From Catajapyx aquilonaris (taxonomy: Eukaryota), in assembly GCA_000934665.2 (NCBI GenBank), contig KZ539097.1, positions 1 to 33,536 of the forward strand: a stretch of DNA of 33,536 bases, given 5' to 3'. The notes under the pieces are model-generated. The model had not been told where the DNA came from and did not search any database. It saw nothing but the letters and a program-made list of their open reading frames with translations. Made by a program: the position numbers and the translations under genes. Positions 12,715-25,700 of this stretch are shown one piece after another (position 1 is the stretch's first letter; each line of letters begins with the position of its first letter).

Positions 12715-13055
12715 CTCCATCACGCGTATTTGTCACGTCATTGATTGATTTCAAAGACGGAAAGTAACGGATTTCACAATATTTCACGTCGAATCACACA
12801 TTATACGAAAGACTATAGACTCCCTAGTTGTAGACTCACTTCGTTTTAATGCCCCATAATGCCCCATTTTTCAGGGTATAGCAGTATGCTGCCCCGACAA
12901 AAGGTGCAATTATGTGCACTTAAAAGAAAGTGAATCTATATAACTGGGAAATGTAGTCGTTCGTTTGGTGTGTCATTCAAAGTGAAATTCGCTAGTTTTC
13001 GTCTTAAAAATTAGAGTAAAATCATGACCCCATCGTGACAAGTACGTGAGGAGTG
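12715..13055. mobile_element. Old, diverged foldback MITE
   Basis: Several matching inverted blocks: tcacgcgtatttgtcacg/cgtgacaagtacgtga; aagacggaaagtaacggatttcac/gtgaaattcgctagttttcgtctt; tagactcacttcgttttaa/ttaaaagaaagtgaatcta. Confidence 0.65.
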
Positions 13056-13289
13056 GGAGCCATTGTCCAAGCATTCACGCGTTTGGCCACACTGTGTATT
13101 AGCAGCATTGTCAGCAAGCGTGGCCTATTGTGGGGCAGAATTTTTCATATGGAGTGTAATGATATATATTAAAATTCCACATTGGAGGTTTAAATAAATC
13201 AAGGCACTATTTGCTCTCCTGGAACAGTATCGAATGGCGATGATTAATTGGGCCCTGCAGGCTACGGTTTTATTACCATATGTGCTGGT

Positions 13290-13500
13290 TAAGTCAAGGG
13301 GGTAACAACGTCGCCAATCCGGTATAGGCTACACTTGTCCGACAATCCGCATTGCAATCCGACAATCCACAATCCAGTGTAGGCCTACATTAAAATGGTG
13401 AGTTGTTATCCCCTCGGGCCGTTAAGTGGCCAAGCTATAGCCGCAGGATCTTTTGAACCTCCAAAGTGGGCCGCGATCAAAAAATGATTAAGAACTAGTG
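13290..13500. mobile_element. Short relative of the 10268 TIR family, plus a hAT-like right end
   Basis: taagtcaagggggtaacaac...cggtataggcta matches 10268-10299 and has an inverted partner gttgttatcccct. It is followed by gggccgcgatcaaaaaatgattaagaactagtg, a Charlie-like terminus. Confidence 0.45.
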
Positions 13501-13719
13501 GTGTATATAGCGAGGCTGGGAATATGTTTTTCTCGACTCAGCTCAGATACTCCTAGATAGCCGTGTCTAATCCCAGGGCACGACGACGCCTAAAGAGCAA
13601 CATCGCGCAACACTCTCGGAATATTTTGAACCTTATAGGCCTGTCTAGGGGATGTTAAAAATACAGGAGGTGCTAAAATGGTGTATGGGTATGATACAGT
13701 GAATAAATGGTTGCTGCCA

Positions 13720-13986
13720 GTGATGGACCCCTTCGTTCAATTCGGAATGGAATTAATTTGTGAATTAATTCATACTCTTGAAGTGAATGGAATCACGGAA
13801 CAATATAGGTGAATAGAATTGATTGGAAGTGTGATTGGAGAAGATATTGATGAGAGAAAACCCAAGCGAGCAAGGAGGGAATACTCCACATGAGAAAATC
13901 CTAAGTCCGAACAGGGTATCGAGCCCGGTACCTCAGAGCAGTCAGAGGTGGCAGGCTGTGGACATAACCATACACCACCTTGCCGT
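13720..13986 (-). mobile_element. Diverged tRNA-derived SINE (Meta/V-domain-like body)
   Basis: A-box-like GGTGGTGTATGG, B-box-like GGCTCGATACC (13915-13925), then catgtggagt...gggttttctc. Confidence 0.55.
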
Positions 13987-15704
13987 CCTCATTACGAAGT
14001 GAATGCCAATGTCCATCACTACTGGGTGCCACTTGCCAGATACAGTATCGTTCATTCTGTGAGTTTGAATTAATTTATAATCACAGACAACAAAGGCAAT
14101 TATATTGTTCAAGCCGGAAGAGGTCCCATTTTAATTGGGTTTTTGACAGTGATTTCCATCAAGCTGGTCATCAAGCTATCTTATTGTGAGAGTTTGTGAT
14201 CTTTAGAAAATAGCGAGGACATTTCAGTAAACTTCCACTGCATTTTAGTATGTGTATCATATGGCATTGTTAAGGGGTGAATCATTAGTAGAATCCGGAT
14301 TTTTAGGCAAATGCCTATTTAGTTCCTTAACAGTTGGGATCGTTTTGTGAAGAGATCTATCCGTTTCATAAGTTCATGTGGAAAATGTAGGTGTTATAAG
14401 TTAGTGCCTAAAAGCTATTTCGAGGTTTTGGGAACGATTTTGCCTATTCTGGCTTTTTGCGACTTTTCATGCCTATTTGGCATTTTTTGGGGGGATAGTT
14501 TTTGAACTTTTTGAAGCAATTTCGGGACTTTTTGGGCCTATCCCGGACCTATTCTTTCAGAGGCATGTTTGGTTTTTTGTGGACTATTTTTTGTGCATGG
14601 AACAAAATCGTTCAGAAGTAATACGAATCGTGTTGCCGTGACGCGTATGCCAAGTATTTTTTCTAAATTTTCCTCTGATTGGATATTGTGCAAGTGTAGA
14701 GCGGTAGAGTCCAGAGCAAATGATATTTGCTTGCACCTTGTGTCTTTTGCCCACGTAGCCTATTGTGATTTCCTGTAAGTTTATCATTGTTATTCGGTTT
14801 TCGCTCTGGTTTGTGACTTTTAAAATACTTTAGGCCTATAAAAGTATTCTCCTTTTTTCATTTTCTGTAACATTATCCTCCATACGCCCCCAAAAGTAAA
14901 TGGTATTCAACATGGGTAATGTTATATGTCGGATTTCATTTGTGTCTGGCAACTCTACTTCAAAATCTCACGAAATGCCGTGAGGTTTTTTTTTTCTGGA
15001 ATGACTATACGATACGAACTCATGTGAGGTGGCCATCGCGCCTCGGGTAGCGTAGTTGACGGATGAGTTGAATTTACAGCGATATAGGACATGTAAAAAG
15101 AGAGGCGCGAGACATTGCTATGAATGGTGGAATCTCCAGGGGAACTTGAAAAGTGGCATATTGTTGTTATTGATACGTTAATATTGTTAAATGGGATATC
15201 GTTGAAGGGAGCAGTGAGACAATAAGTTATGCGAGTTGGGCTCATTTTCTGAAGCTGAACATGCAGCATTAAATGCCTCGTAAAAAGTAATCCCTGGTGG
15301 GCTAGATTAAAGAGGTGTAGGGGCATTCCCCTGGATTTCTATAGCGAACAAACTCACAAACTTCCTGATATATATCAGGGTATAGATATACCGGTATACT
15401 ATAAGATAAAATAATAGTACGGTATTATATTGTTGGTTGCCAAGGATACCAATTGTCAACCAACAATGTAATACTACAGTATACCTATGTGCCCAAACCT
15501 TAGTCACCATGTATTTTCGCTCATGAATAGGATAAAGATCATGATAGCATAGTGTGGTGCAAGAAGTTAAACTAACAAAAAAACACTATCCTGTGACTTG
15601 TGAACTTGGCTTCATTCAAGATGAAACCATAGGTCATACTTGCCCTTTCATCATTCCTGACTGAGCCATCACCCAAACCAGCATAATGTCCTCTACAACC
15701 TGTA

Positions 15705-16382
15705 AGGTTCATTCAGATGGAAACGAGCAATGGCCATAGGCTATAACAAATTTCCGGATGGGTTTGTCGCGACATCTCATACACAAAACGAAGGCTTTAC
15801 TGGTGTAGTATGACGACGCACAAACAGTTGTCGCTCAACCCAGTTGCAGTGGAAGCAACGAATGTTGAGCAGCGAGCGGTAATCAGTTTTTGAACTGCGG
15901 AAAGTGTCGGCAGTACTGCAATCCATCTCCGTATGGGTGCTGTGTACGAAAACTGTATGTCTTTGCCATGTGTTAGAGCCTGCAGTAGGTGGTTTGCTTG
16001 CCCTGGCCTAGAATCACAGTCAACGACAACGGCTCCTCTCAGAACTGCTTACTTCAGGCTCTAACACGTTGCAAAGACGGACAGTTTTCGTACACAGTAC
16101 CCATACGGAGATGGATTGCTGTACCGCCGACATCTTCCGCAGTTCAAAAACTGATTACCGCTCGTTGTTCAACATTCGTTGCTTCCATATCTGACAGGCC
16201 CGTCATTTTGGTGGGAGGGTCCTGAACAAAAGCTCACTGCGACTGTGTCGAGCAACTGAATGGCCAACTGTCTCTGTGTCATAATACTACACCGGTAAAG
16301 CCTTCGTTTTGTATATAAGATGTCGCGACAAACCCATCTGGAAATGCTATGTGACCGTGGCTCGTTTTCATCTGAATTACCC
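15705..16382. mobile_element. Foldback element made of two inverted mariner 5' ends, each with a decayed transposase N-terminal HTH
   Basis: About 280-340-nt arms; termini TA..AGGTTCATTCAGATGGAAACGAGC / GCTCGTTTTCATCTGAATTACCC|TA. The left arm from 15849 translates VEATNVEQRAVISF*TAESVGSTAIHLRMGAVYENCMSLPCVRACSRWF, a mariner HTH pattern. Confidence 0.85.
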
Positions 16383-16553
16383 TAATACTAGCACAGTGTG
16401 CAGATGTGCCTTTTTTAAAAGCAAGATGACAGACTATGCCACTGTCAAGCCTGCTCGCTCCCTACCTGTTGAACTGCAGAATTTGGTAGTGTCTAACAGT
16501 ATACGTGAAGTATACCATACTAAATTTCTACTAGCTTATGCAATGCTGCTGTA

Positions 16554-16691
16554 CAATGGGGCTCAAATTGTTTTGGCCACTTTATCCTGGTCTTGAAGCA
16601 ACACTTCACACACACCTCCTCACAGTGAGGCCTGTCCGAAGGGTTGCTTCAAGACCAGGATAAAGTGGCCAAAACAATTTGAGCCCCATAG
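16554..16691. mobile_element. Tc1-like MITE, 138 bp
   Basis: Near-perfect ~48-bp TIRs (c[a/t]atggggctcaaattgttttggccactttatcctggtcttgaagcaac) with TA on both sides. Confidence 0.9.
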
Positions 16692-16954
16692 TACGTTAAA
16701 ATGATGACACCAATATATTTCTTGTACTTCACATGGAGGATATGATCATCTTTAATGCTTAATCAAATGCACTTTATCTGCCATTTCCTGTCACATTTTG
16801 ACCTGTGGAAAAAGCAATCTATGCAACAAAATGAAAATACTGTATATTTGGAAAAATAAATAAATTGAAAGGCAAAAGCTATTAACTTGCCCCTCCCCAC
16901 GCTCTCCTCTCTTCCCAAGTCATTAGTCCACAGTCAGCTCTCTCAGACAAGGTT

Positions 16955-17444
16955 CAGAGGCGGCCTTTGGGGGTGGCAACTGGGGCGACCGCCCCAGGCA
17001 TCGCGCTTGGGGCCAAAGACCATCTATATTAAGATGCGCAACTGTCCCATAAAACGTGAAAGTGGTTTGTAAGGTTTGTCACTCGTACGTCCATATGAAA
17101 CGTGCTGTGATAGTAGCAGGTCAACTCCGCACTCCCCAATTTATTAGCAATATATGCCTTTGCAATATTCCATTTTGATTTCATTTTAAATTCGTCGTTA
17201 CGTTACTTTTCGATCAGAAACCGTGTTTCATAAACCCGCGACATAATGAATATTTCATACTTAAAAAGCCACCGGATAGTAAAATTGCACTTCTAAATGT
17301 CTCTGCTCACTTGTAAGTCAGGAAAATAGATATAATCAAGGCAGTGGTGCACCCAGACCTCCGAGGGGGATGGGGGGGGAAGGGTGGCGCGCTCACTGTG
17401 ATTGAGTTTGCCCTAGGCCTCACACCTCCCTAGGGCCACCTCTG
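16955..17444. mobile_element. Non-autonomous hAT element
   Basis: TIRs CAGAGGCGGCCTT / AGGGCCACCTCTG; 8-bp TSD ACAAGGTT (16947-16954) / ACAAGGTA (17445-17452). Confidence 0.85.
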
Positions 17445-17868
17445 ACAAGGTAATTTCATTTTTGAAAATATGCTAAGCTCTCTTTTATTACAAAATAATA
17501 TAGTGATTCCAGACTGGCCAATGATTTCTGGTGGGCAATATTATTTCTAGCAATATTTCCAGCATGTTATCATTATACAGAATCAAAACATTTTGCAGGA
17601 AACTTTTAGTCATTACAAGAAGACAACTTGCATGAACTGTTATTTTTAAATGCTCCATGACCTTTGCTTTGGCGCAGTGGCCTTGCTGCTTTTCTCTCTC
17701 TCACAATTACAAAATTAATCAATCAATAAACCAAAAATCCCTTCATTTGACCTAACACCAAATATACACACTAAGTCTGTGTAAATGAAATAACATTATT
17801 TAAGTTGTATACTTTATTCATGTAATATTGTTATATTATTATACAGTAGTATATTATAGGCCTTTTAA

Positions 17869-17993
17869 GGGCCGGTTTCACCGAGCTCAGTATATGATAA
17901 AACCAGGGTATTTCTCAAAATCCCTATCTATTTGTATGGATTTTCCTAAAGAAACCTGGTTTTATCATATACTAAGCTCGGTGAAACCGGCCC
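17869..17993. mobile_element. PIF/Harbinger-like MITE, 125 bp
   Basis: About 41-bp TIRs GGGCCGGTTTCACCGAGCT[C/T]AGTATATGATAAAACCAGG with one mismatch; TAA-type flanks. Confidence 0.85.
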
Positions 17994-18970
17994 GTAAACT
18001 AGAAAAAAATACTTTAAGGCTGAATGTGTTCAGCCCACTGCCAATATTCCACTTGCCATGTTGATTTTTCCTACCCACATCCAGCTCATATAAATTTTCG
18101 TCCCAATTTCAGCTTGTGTAAGTCATGAAAGGTCTTTAATGTAGTATTATTTCCCTATGCCTACGGTCTTTCTTACTGGTGGACTGAAAAATGCTGGCCA
18201 TTTCTGTGTTACACAAGTTCTGCTTTACTGGACAAGAACACACAAGAATTCCCATCTTGCTGCTGGGGCAGTAAACAATTTTCCAGAGTAGACAAGTTTC
18301 TGCTGCAGGTAGATTTCACTGTAGCATGAACAACTTTTTTTTCTCAGTTGTGTTGACATCCAGGCCTCCTCTGCGTGGTGGCCCTTTGGGTTTGGGTGAC
18401 GTTAAGCATGCTTCGTGCATATGCCAAATTATGGTGTAATTGGAGTTTCACTAGTTGCATGAAGTGGAGGTGTGTGGCATTCAATGCTATCAAATACCGT
18501 TTCAACATGTGTTGTCACTGACTTGGATTTGTGCAGGTCTTGAAGAAGTCAGTCTGTCTTCCTGGTATTATGCATTTTATTCTGGCGCTCCCTGCCGTCC
18601 TAATATCTTTTCTTCCCGTGCCATATTCTGTTGTATGTGTTGCAATGGTGGATTTGTGTTGCTGATGGAGGCCAGCACTTCATCGGTGCCTATGATGTAC
18701 CGTGGTTTCATTTCGATTTTAGCAACAAAAAAAATCAATGCCACCATAGTGTCACTGTCTATAAATGATTTTTATGGCCATTACTGGCGTATCAGTACCA
18801 CTTAGCACTCGGATATTTAAATCATTTTCGAATATATGGTCTCCCTTTAATGCGAATAGAAAGCCACCTGATATGAGCCAAAGAGTTATACATCAGAACA
18901 AGAGTTAATCTTCGGCTTGCATATGGAGTTATCATCTTATGCGAATAATGTTTGGAGGTCCGAGTCCTTG

Positions 18971-18996
18971 TTTATTTGTCCATCTATGAATTTATT
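18971..18996 (-). terminator. Candidate TEP1 polyadenylation signals (two AATAAA)
   Basis: Plus-strand tttatt at 18971-18976 and 18991-18996, about 650 nt past the stop codon. Confidence 0.35.
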
Positions 18997-19637
18997 TGTC
19001 ACATGTTTGAGGTAGAATTCTGCTCACACAACACTTTTAGAATGGTGCCTGTGATATTTAAGCTACGTTCACTGCAACGCCACGTATTATCAAGATAATT
19101 TAATTCATGCCATGACTTGGGAAGTAGGCCTTCTGCAGTGATGCAAAGTGTATAAAGCGAACCATAAATTGATGATGATTGACCGTAAAAAAATTCGATA
19201 CGTAAAATCGGTTTCCAGTGTGTTGCATTATTCATCTTCAAGTGCAATTGCACCAGGCGGGAAATGTACTCAACAAGAATGAGTGGCTGCGTCGTCTTAC
19301 ATAAGCTTAGACCAAACATGGCGACCCGCAACTTGTCATTTGTGCTCGTCCTAACCTTTTTAACTTGCAGGTGAACTATGTTGAGAGTAGTTCCCTGTCC
19401 AAACCATCACTATGGGAAGGGACGAGCTGCTAATTACCCCCTCTCTAGTCAGCCACGATATCGCTCTTCCTGTCTGCACCACCCAGGGGTTAAGATATTG
19501 TTTCAGATCTTTTTATCTGACTTATCTGTAGCATGAACAATATGATGAAATCATCAGTAACAATGTGTGCAGTCAAACAATACTACAGTGAAGGTTAACA
19601 TTGGAATCTTGGAGATTTCCCCACTCTCACAGGTGAA

Positions 19638-19763
19638 TTAAAATTGAGGTTGTAGCATGTACATATTTCCACCTCGACTGCAGCATAACACCCGAACAGC
19701 ATCATTTCTTGTCCAAGCAACCAAAGCTGTCAGTGGGCCTGCTGCACCTTCAAATTGTCCAAC
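19638..19763 (-). CDS. TEP1: TEP1 terminal coding exon (VGQFEGAAG...GNMYMLQPQF*)
   Basis: Acceptor tttcag; stop TAA at 19638-19640; TEP1-like C-terminal strand pattern. Confidence 0.87.
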   Translation of the reverse strand, partial: VGQFEGAAGPLTALVAWTRNDAVRVLCCSRGGNMYMLQPQF

Positions 19764-22700
19764 CTGAAATAACATGCCAATAAATAAGCGACTAGGTCTT
19801 TTTCTAGTGTGGTTCAAAAGTTTCCGATCTCTTATTGGCCAGGAGTGAGCAAGCTCTATCTATTTCGACCCGTTATGCTCACTACGCCCCTCCATCACCC
19901 CTGCTTACTATAATATGTCTTACCTTATGCCGATCAAAATCACGCGCATGTTAGCAAACCTACATCATCAATCACCGAGTTTGTTTTTGTTGGGCCGTCG
20001 ACTCCAATTTGACTATGTGGAGGTAACATTACTGAACCATTTTCCCTGTATCATATAATTTATGTCTGCCCTTTCTTTCGTATTCCTAGATATTTGTTCC
20101 TGCATAACCTGCCATCCTATCCACCCGACCACTTTCATTTACTCCTGGGAGATTTATCTAAAGATTTGGCCTTTAACCTTAGCAATTTTTTGGACAATGC
20201 AATTAAGAGGATTGAAATGTGTGATTAGGAAGAGTGATATTAGCTGGCACTATATTTAGTTGTAAGTTACTGTTCTTTTCTCTTTTCTTGAGCAAATGTC
20301 AGTTTATTTTGTTTATGATTGTTGTAGCGTTGTCGTTGTGTCCCCCTAAAAGGGCTCCGCCCTCAAATGGGGCAATGAAAATTTTAAAAACAATAAAATA
20401 AATAAATAAGCGACTTGTGCCATACCATCAGTGATGCAATACTTACTTGTTCCAGATCTGTGTTATGCACCTTCCAAACTTTCACAGCACCATCTAATGA
20501 GGCAGTGTACAGCAGATGTGGATTGATAGGATCAATACAACAGGCACTAATACCATCTTTGTGAACCTGATGCAAGACGAATTGCATTAAAAATATTTGT
20601 AACATTAGGAAAACAGATACAGTATAATTATACACACACCTTATGCGCATTAATCTCTTCGCCTTTCCTGATGACAAGCCTACCATTGTTGGTAGCAATA
20701 ATACAGATATCATTATGCAACACCACACTGGTCAGTTGCTCTGACTTTTGTCCTGCAACACTTGCTTTGCATGGACATAATGGAATCCTGATCTCCTCAA
20801 GGCAGGCTGGCTTTGTTTGAGACTGAACACTAGAATATAAAATTAACAGTTAATTTGAATACACGACTGCATAAAATGATACAGAGAGCATGACATTAAG
20901 CTATATGATACATACTCTTCCTTTGGCATGTGGTACAATTTCAATCGTCCATCAGCCCAGAAGCTATATATTGTTGCTTTGTTGGTCAGGCTCTGTCCCA
21001 CACCCAATGCCCAAGAATCCAAGCTGTTAAGAAACAAATTATTGTAATATTACAGCAATTATGGGAGGTGCGGTGGCCGAGATGGTAACGTCTCGGCTTG
21101 CTGAGTGAAAGGTCCCAGGTTTGATCCCCGCCTGGGAGTTCCCTTTCTGGGCTTTCACCTGTGCCAGGAGGGTTTCTGACCAGCGCCTTGGAGGTGTCTG
21201 GCAACCTAACCTCTTGGGGAACAGCACATGACCCATTTTCAGACATTGCACTTGCTCCCATGTTCCCTCCCCAAAAATCCCTATCCCTACCCTATGTCCT
21301 TGATTCCTTGCACCGGAGAGTGAAGAAAACTACACACACTAGAAAACTGATGGTGGTGTGCCACCCCCCTATAAGGGCTTAGAGCTCTATCACGGGGTAA
21401 AATAAAAAATAAAATATATATATTCTCAATTGAGGGTCCATATGAGACGCCACTTGTTGATAATGCTTTGTATTTGTAAACTAACGATGATATTGCTTGG
21501 GAAAAATGGTCATTTTTCTCTTGCTCAAGGCTGTGCATATCAACACCTTTTCAGTGATTCTATAGTCGATAGTGCCTTATAAATACTGTGAGTTTACTTT
21601 TACAAAGGGGAGAACAATTCAGAGTTCAACCAGCCTCCAGGAATGTATTAAGTTTGAAATACAAGGTATTTTATAATACCACTGTACTTGTATGTAACTG
21701 AAGATTTTAGGTACCAGCAGGTACCAGTAAGGACCCCTTCCAGGATTCTTTTTCCTTAAGACTGCCACAATATTTAGCAGTTGTTGTTCCTGATAATGTA
21801 ATATGAAAAATGAAACTTGGTTTTGTCCTATCTATTAGGAATTTGGGTATTGCAGAAAATTTAATTTGAAGCATGCAGTTTTCCTTTTCTTCATATTTAA
21901 AATCACCACATAGATGGCAGAAACAGTACATAATTTTTATGTAACTTTTCCTAGCAATTAAAAATTATGGCAAATTGGTAAAATTGCATATGATCACTAA
22001 AAAGGATATAATAAAAACTTAAATGACTGTGCAACACTGGTAACACAGGTGAAAGCCCCCTCACATAGGACAATACATACAATAGAGAACCATGATTTTG
22101 AAAAAAAAATAATTTTATTAATTCCAGTTTTAGGGAAAAATGATATTGGCAGTTATAAAAATCAGCCATCATCTACCATTGCTGTAAGAACTACAAGTAA
22201 AACTGTCTCAGGTTTCTGGCATCTCCTGTGGCTGTTTTAAATCATACAAAATTACAACATTGAAGATTCCTGCAATACTCGAATATAAAGAACAACCTGA
22301 GTTTTAACTTTTCATCCTATGACATTATTAGGAACTACTTCCACTAAAAAATATGGTGGCTCAAATAAATATTATTCTGGAAGGGATCCTTTGTCACATA
22401 CTTGGCTCATCATGAGGTTCTGTACCTATGAATAAGAATAACATAAAAATAATTTACATACCTGTCCAAAACTTGTTGGATTATATTGTGTTGAATACTG
22501 TACAACCAGACACAGCATTTCCAACCAGAGACAAGTAGGTAGTCAGGAATGTCAACTCTCCAGTGAATAGCAGTTATGGAAGATTTTAAGTCATACTCTC
22601 GCAATGGTGTCACTGTCACTTGAGGTGGATCACTTTGTGCAACTTTAGGTAAGACATATGTGTACAGAACACCATTGGCTAACCCAGCTGACACTCGCCA

Positions 22701-25700
22701 ACCTTGTACATGGCTGAACTTAACTGCTGTCACACCACATGCTGTTGACCTTGCTGGTGTTTGTGCTTGACTCTTTGCTTGCCCATGCATCCGCCAAGGC
22801 TGCAAATAACCACACTGTAGGTGCATCACTTTGCAACCCATACACTAGGAACAATATTATTTACCTCAAAACTGGCCACCTGGTGAAGGTCTGAGGTCCA
22901 CACTTTCATAACACCATCCTTGCTACCACTTACAATGAACTTGCCATCTAGTGACACATCCACTCCAACAATCTCGGTTAAGTGACTGGCAGAAATGTTG
23001 GTATTACAGTCACTAAATGACAATGGATTCCACATCCTGACAGTTTTATCAGTGGCACTACTTAGCAGTTTCCCTTCAGTTAGTTGGCATAAAGAAACTA
23101 TTGAGCCAGTGTGTCCATGAAGAGCACCAAGGTACTGTCCCTAAAGAGAAAGGCTTTATGTATTATTACTGGTATTCAGTTACACATAACCACTTACATC
23201 AAATACTTTGAGGAGTTTTATATTTTCATGTCCCACAGCCAACAAAGCATCACCTTGTTGACCATTTGGGATAATAAAACTGTGTACTGCTCCGTGCCGT
23301 GATGGTACATGCCCTATTTTGGCACCTCTGGTGGAGCACAATAATGCACTTCCATCATATCCTGTACAGGACACCACCTCGCCCTGGGAAAAAGGCAGAA
23401 TTAATGTTTGACTCCTGGTTTATTCACATGGAAGCCATCAATGCTGCAAAAACAGCATTAGCCAAAATACTGAAGAGGCCTGGCCAAAGTTGAGTGAATA
23501 ATAAAGCAGAATTTTTTTAGATGCATTTATATTGATATATTTCAATAAATTCACTTATAGATTGAAAGACAGCTGCATTGCTCCTTGACTTTTGGTACAA
23601 AATACACTGACTGGTATGACACAGGTTGACTTGACATTATCATCATAATTATGCAGTTTAACCTCCTGAGACCCGAGAAGAATTGAGTAACGCAATGTCA
23701 GTTCCTATTGCATTTTCTGAACATTTTCCCAATAAGAAACGAGAAAAAAAAAAAAAAGTTTTAAAATATTGACAAAAATAGTGACAAACAACCAATGAGA
23801 ACATTAGGACTCAATTGCTGCTACAAAAGCAGAACAGATAAATGTTGAAAAGTTAAAGCCACTCAATTGATCACTCACATCAGTCACATAGTGCTCTAAC
23901 CTCCAAACAATGTTTTTTACATTCATTTGTGGAATTCATGGTAGCAAATCCTCTCAGAAGACAATTAAAGATAGATATGAAATTATTTGAAAAACCACCA
24001 CTCCAAGCATGGGCCTTTCTCCTTCCCTTATGACCTCCCAGCATGGTACCTTGCTATTCTAGATTTTAAAACTGAAGGTCTAGAAGTCCCAAAATTAATT
24101 TCCAAAAAAATGCCATAAAAACTCGAAAGTGTGCTGCCGACCAAATTTTAGGCTGATTTAATTATGAAATTCGATAAAATATAGGGAGCAACAACCTTGA
24201 GAACCATGCCAGACGAATTTGTTGAAATACTCGTACTTTGCGAGAAATAAATTAATACCGATACTTATTTGCAGCTTTCTGGCACTTCGGAAAACTCCCA
24301 AATTGATTTACTTCTCGCAAAGTGTCAAATTGATTTCTCAGCAAATTCGTCTGGCATGGTTTCTCAAGGTTCTTGTTCCGTATATTTTATTGCATTTCAT
24401 CATTAAATCAGCCTAACAGTTGGTCGGCAGTAGGCCTACTCCAATTTCCAGTTTTTATAGCCTTTTCTTGGACACAGGTTCCTATGTCAACAATACTTGT
24501 ATTGGTCCCCTCTATTACCCCTGAAAGTCTTTGCAGAGTCACAATAAACACCCTGTATAGTGTTTTCCCTGAACAATAAAGTATAAAGTATATCTGTTAT
24601 TATTTGTCAAATATCTTGTGCGTATCTTTGGAGTACACGTAAGCCAAAATCTACGTGGTTCGGGCCCATCTGGTAGCGCAGAGGTTTAGGGCAGGTTGCA
24701 CCATTTATGGGGTGCTATTATTATTAATTGTTGTCCAACAAATAATAACAAAGCTAACCCTGGGGTTTAAAGTTTAAGACCTCAAGCATGTATGGCTCAT
24801 ACAGACAGCCTGGATCACAGAAAGCAAAATTTGAAAACCATTTGAACAGGCAGAGCAGCCTTCAAATAAGGCAATAAGAATTGTAAAATACAGATTATCC
24901 ATCACCCACTGGACTGGGGCATCATCAGATAATCCGAGGAGTAAAAAATCTTTAATAAAAAGGCAATTCCACGAAAGGCGGCCATATTGTCCGTACGTAA
25001 CGCAGGTTTTGCAGACATGTACTAGCGTATTTTATTGTAACAATACCCACACATTACATGAAATGGATTAAGCATGCAGTGCATGCATCCTGGCATTGTT
25101 ATAATAAAATACTCTTGTGCACGTAGGCAACACTTGCGTTACGTACGGACGGCTGCGCCATGGAATTGCCCAAAACACAACAAAAATCATACAAAAACAT
25201 GAAATACCATAACATAGGTTTTCTATGAAATAGTGAGTGTTTTTTCTTTTACACACACACGCTACTGTACAGTATTTACAATTTAACTAAGGAAAAACAA
25301 TCAAAAGCGTAGAACATTACAGTATTTCATGAGAAAACATAGATTTATGGCCAGAACGGGACAATCAGATAATCCGAGGTCAGATAATCAGAGTTCTACT
25401 GTATATCACACATTCAGTAGAATTCTCACCTGACTCTGAATATTCCTTATGGCAGATGGATGTTGAAGTATTGTAGTTCCATCTTTCAATGGAACATCCC
25501 ATATTTTGACACTACCATCATCAGAGCCAGTCATTATTTGCTCATTCCCGTTCCGCATGACAAAGGCGCATGCACTGACAATATCAGAATGGATTCCGTG
25601 CAAAACCTGATGGTCATATCGACTCAGAATCTTCATCAGTCCTTTGACAGTGTAAGTGAACTCCCACAGATGTAATGCCTGTAATGACAATATTATAACT

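Noticed and set aside
19385..19432. Small hairpin in the TEP1 3'UTR region
   Set aside because: It relies on G-U pairs on the non-transcribed strand, has no SECIS-like core, and the CDS has no in-frame TGA.
21707..21931. 74-aa minus-strand ORF inside a TEP1 intron
   Set aside because: No WD40 pattern, and it is not needed for frame continuity.
22177..22231. Possible extra TEP1 exon (HRRCQKPETVLLVVLTAM)
   Set aside because: Its 55 nt would shift the frame, and the flanking exons already join in phase.
23657..24692. TTAA-flanked piggyBac-like element
   Set aside because: The putative ends (ttaacctcctgagaccc and gcgcagaggtttag) do not match as TIRs.
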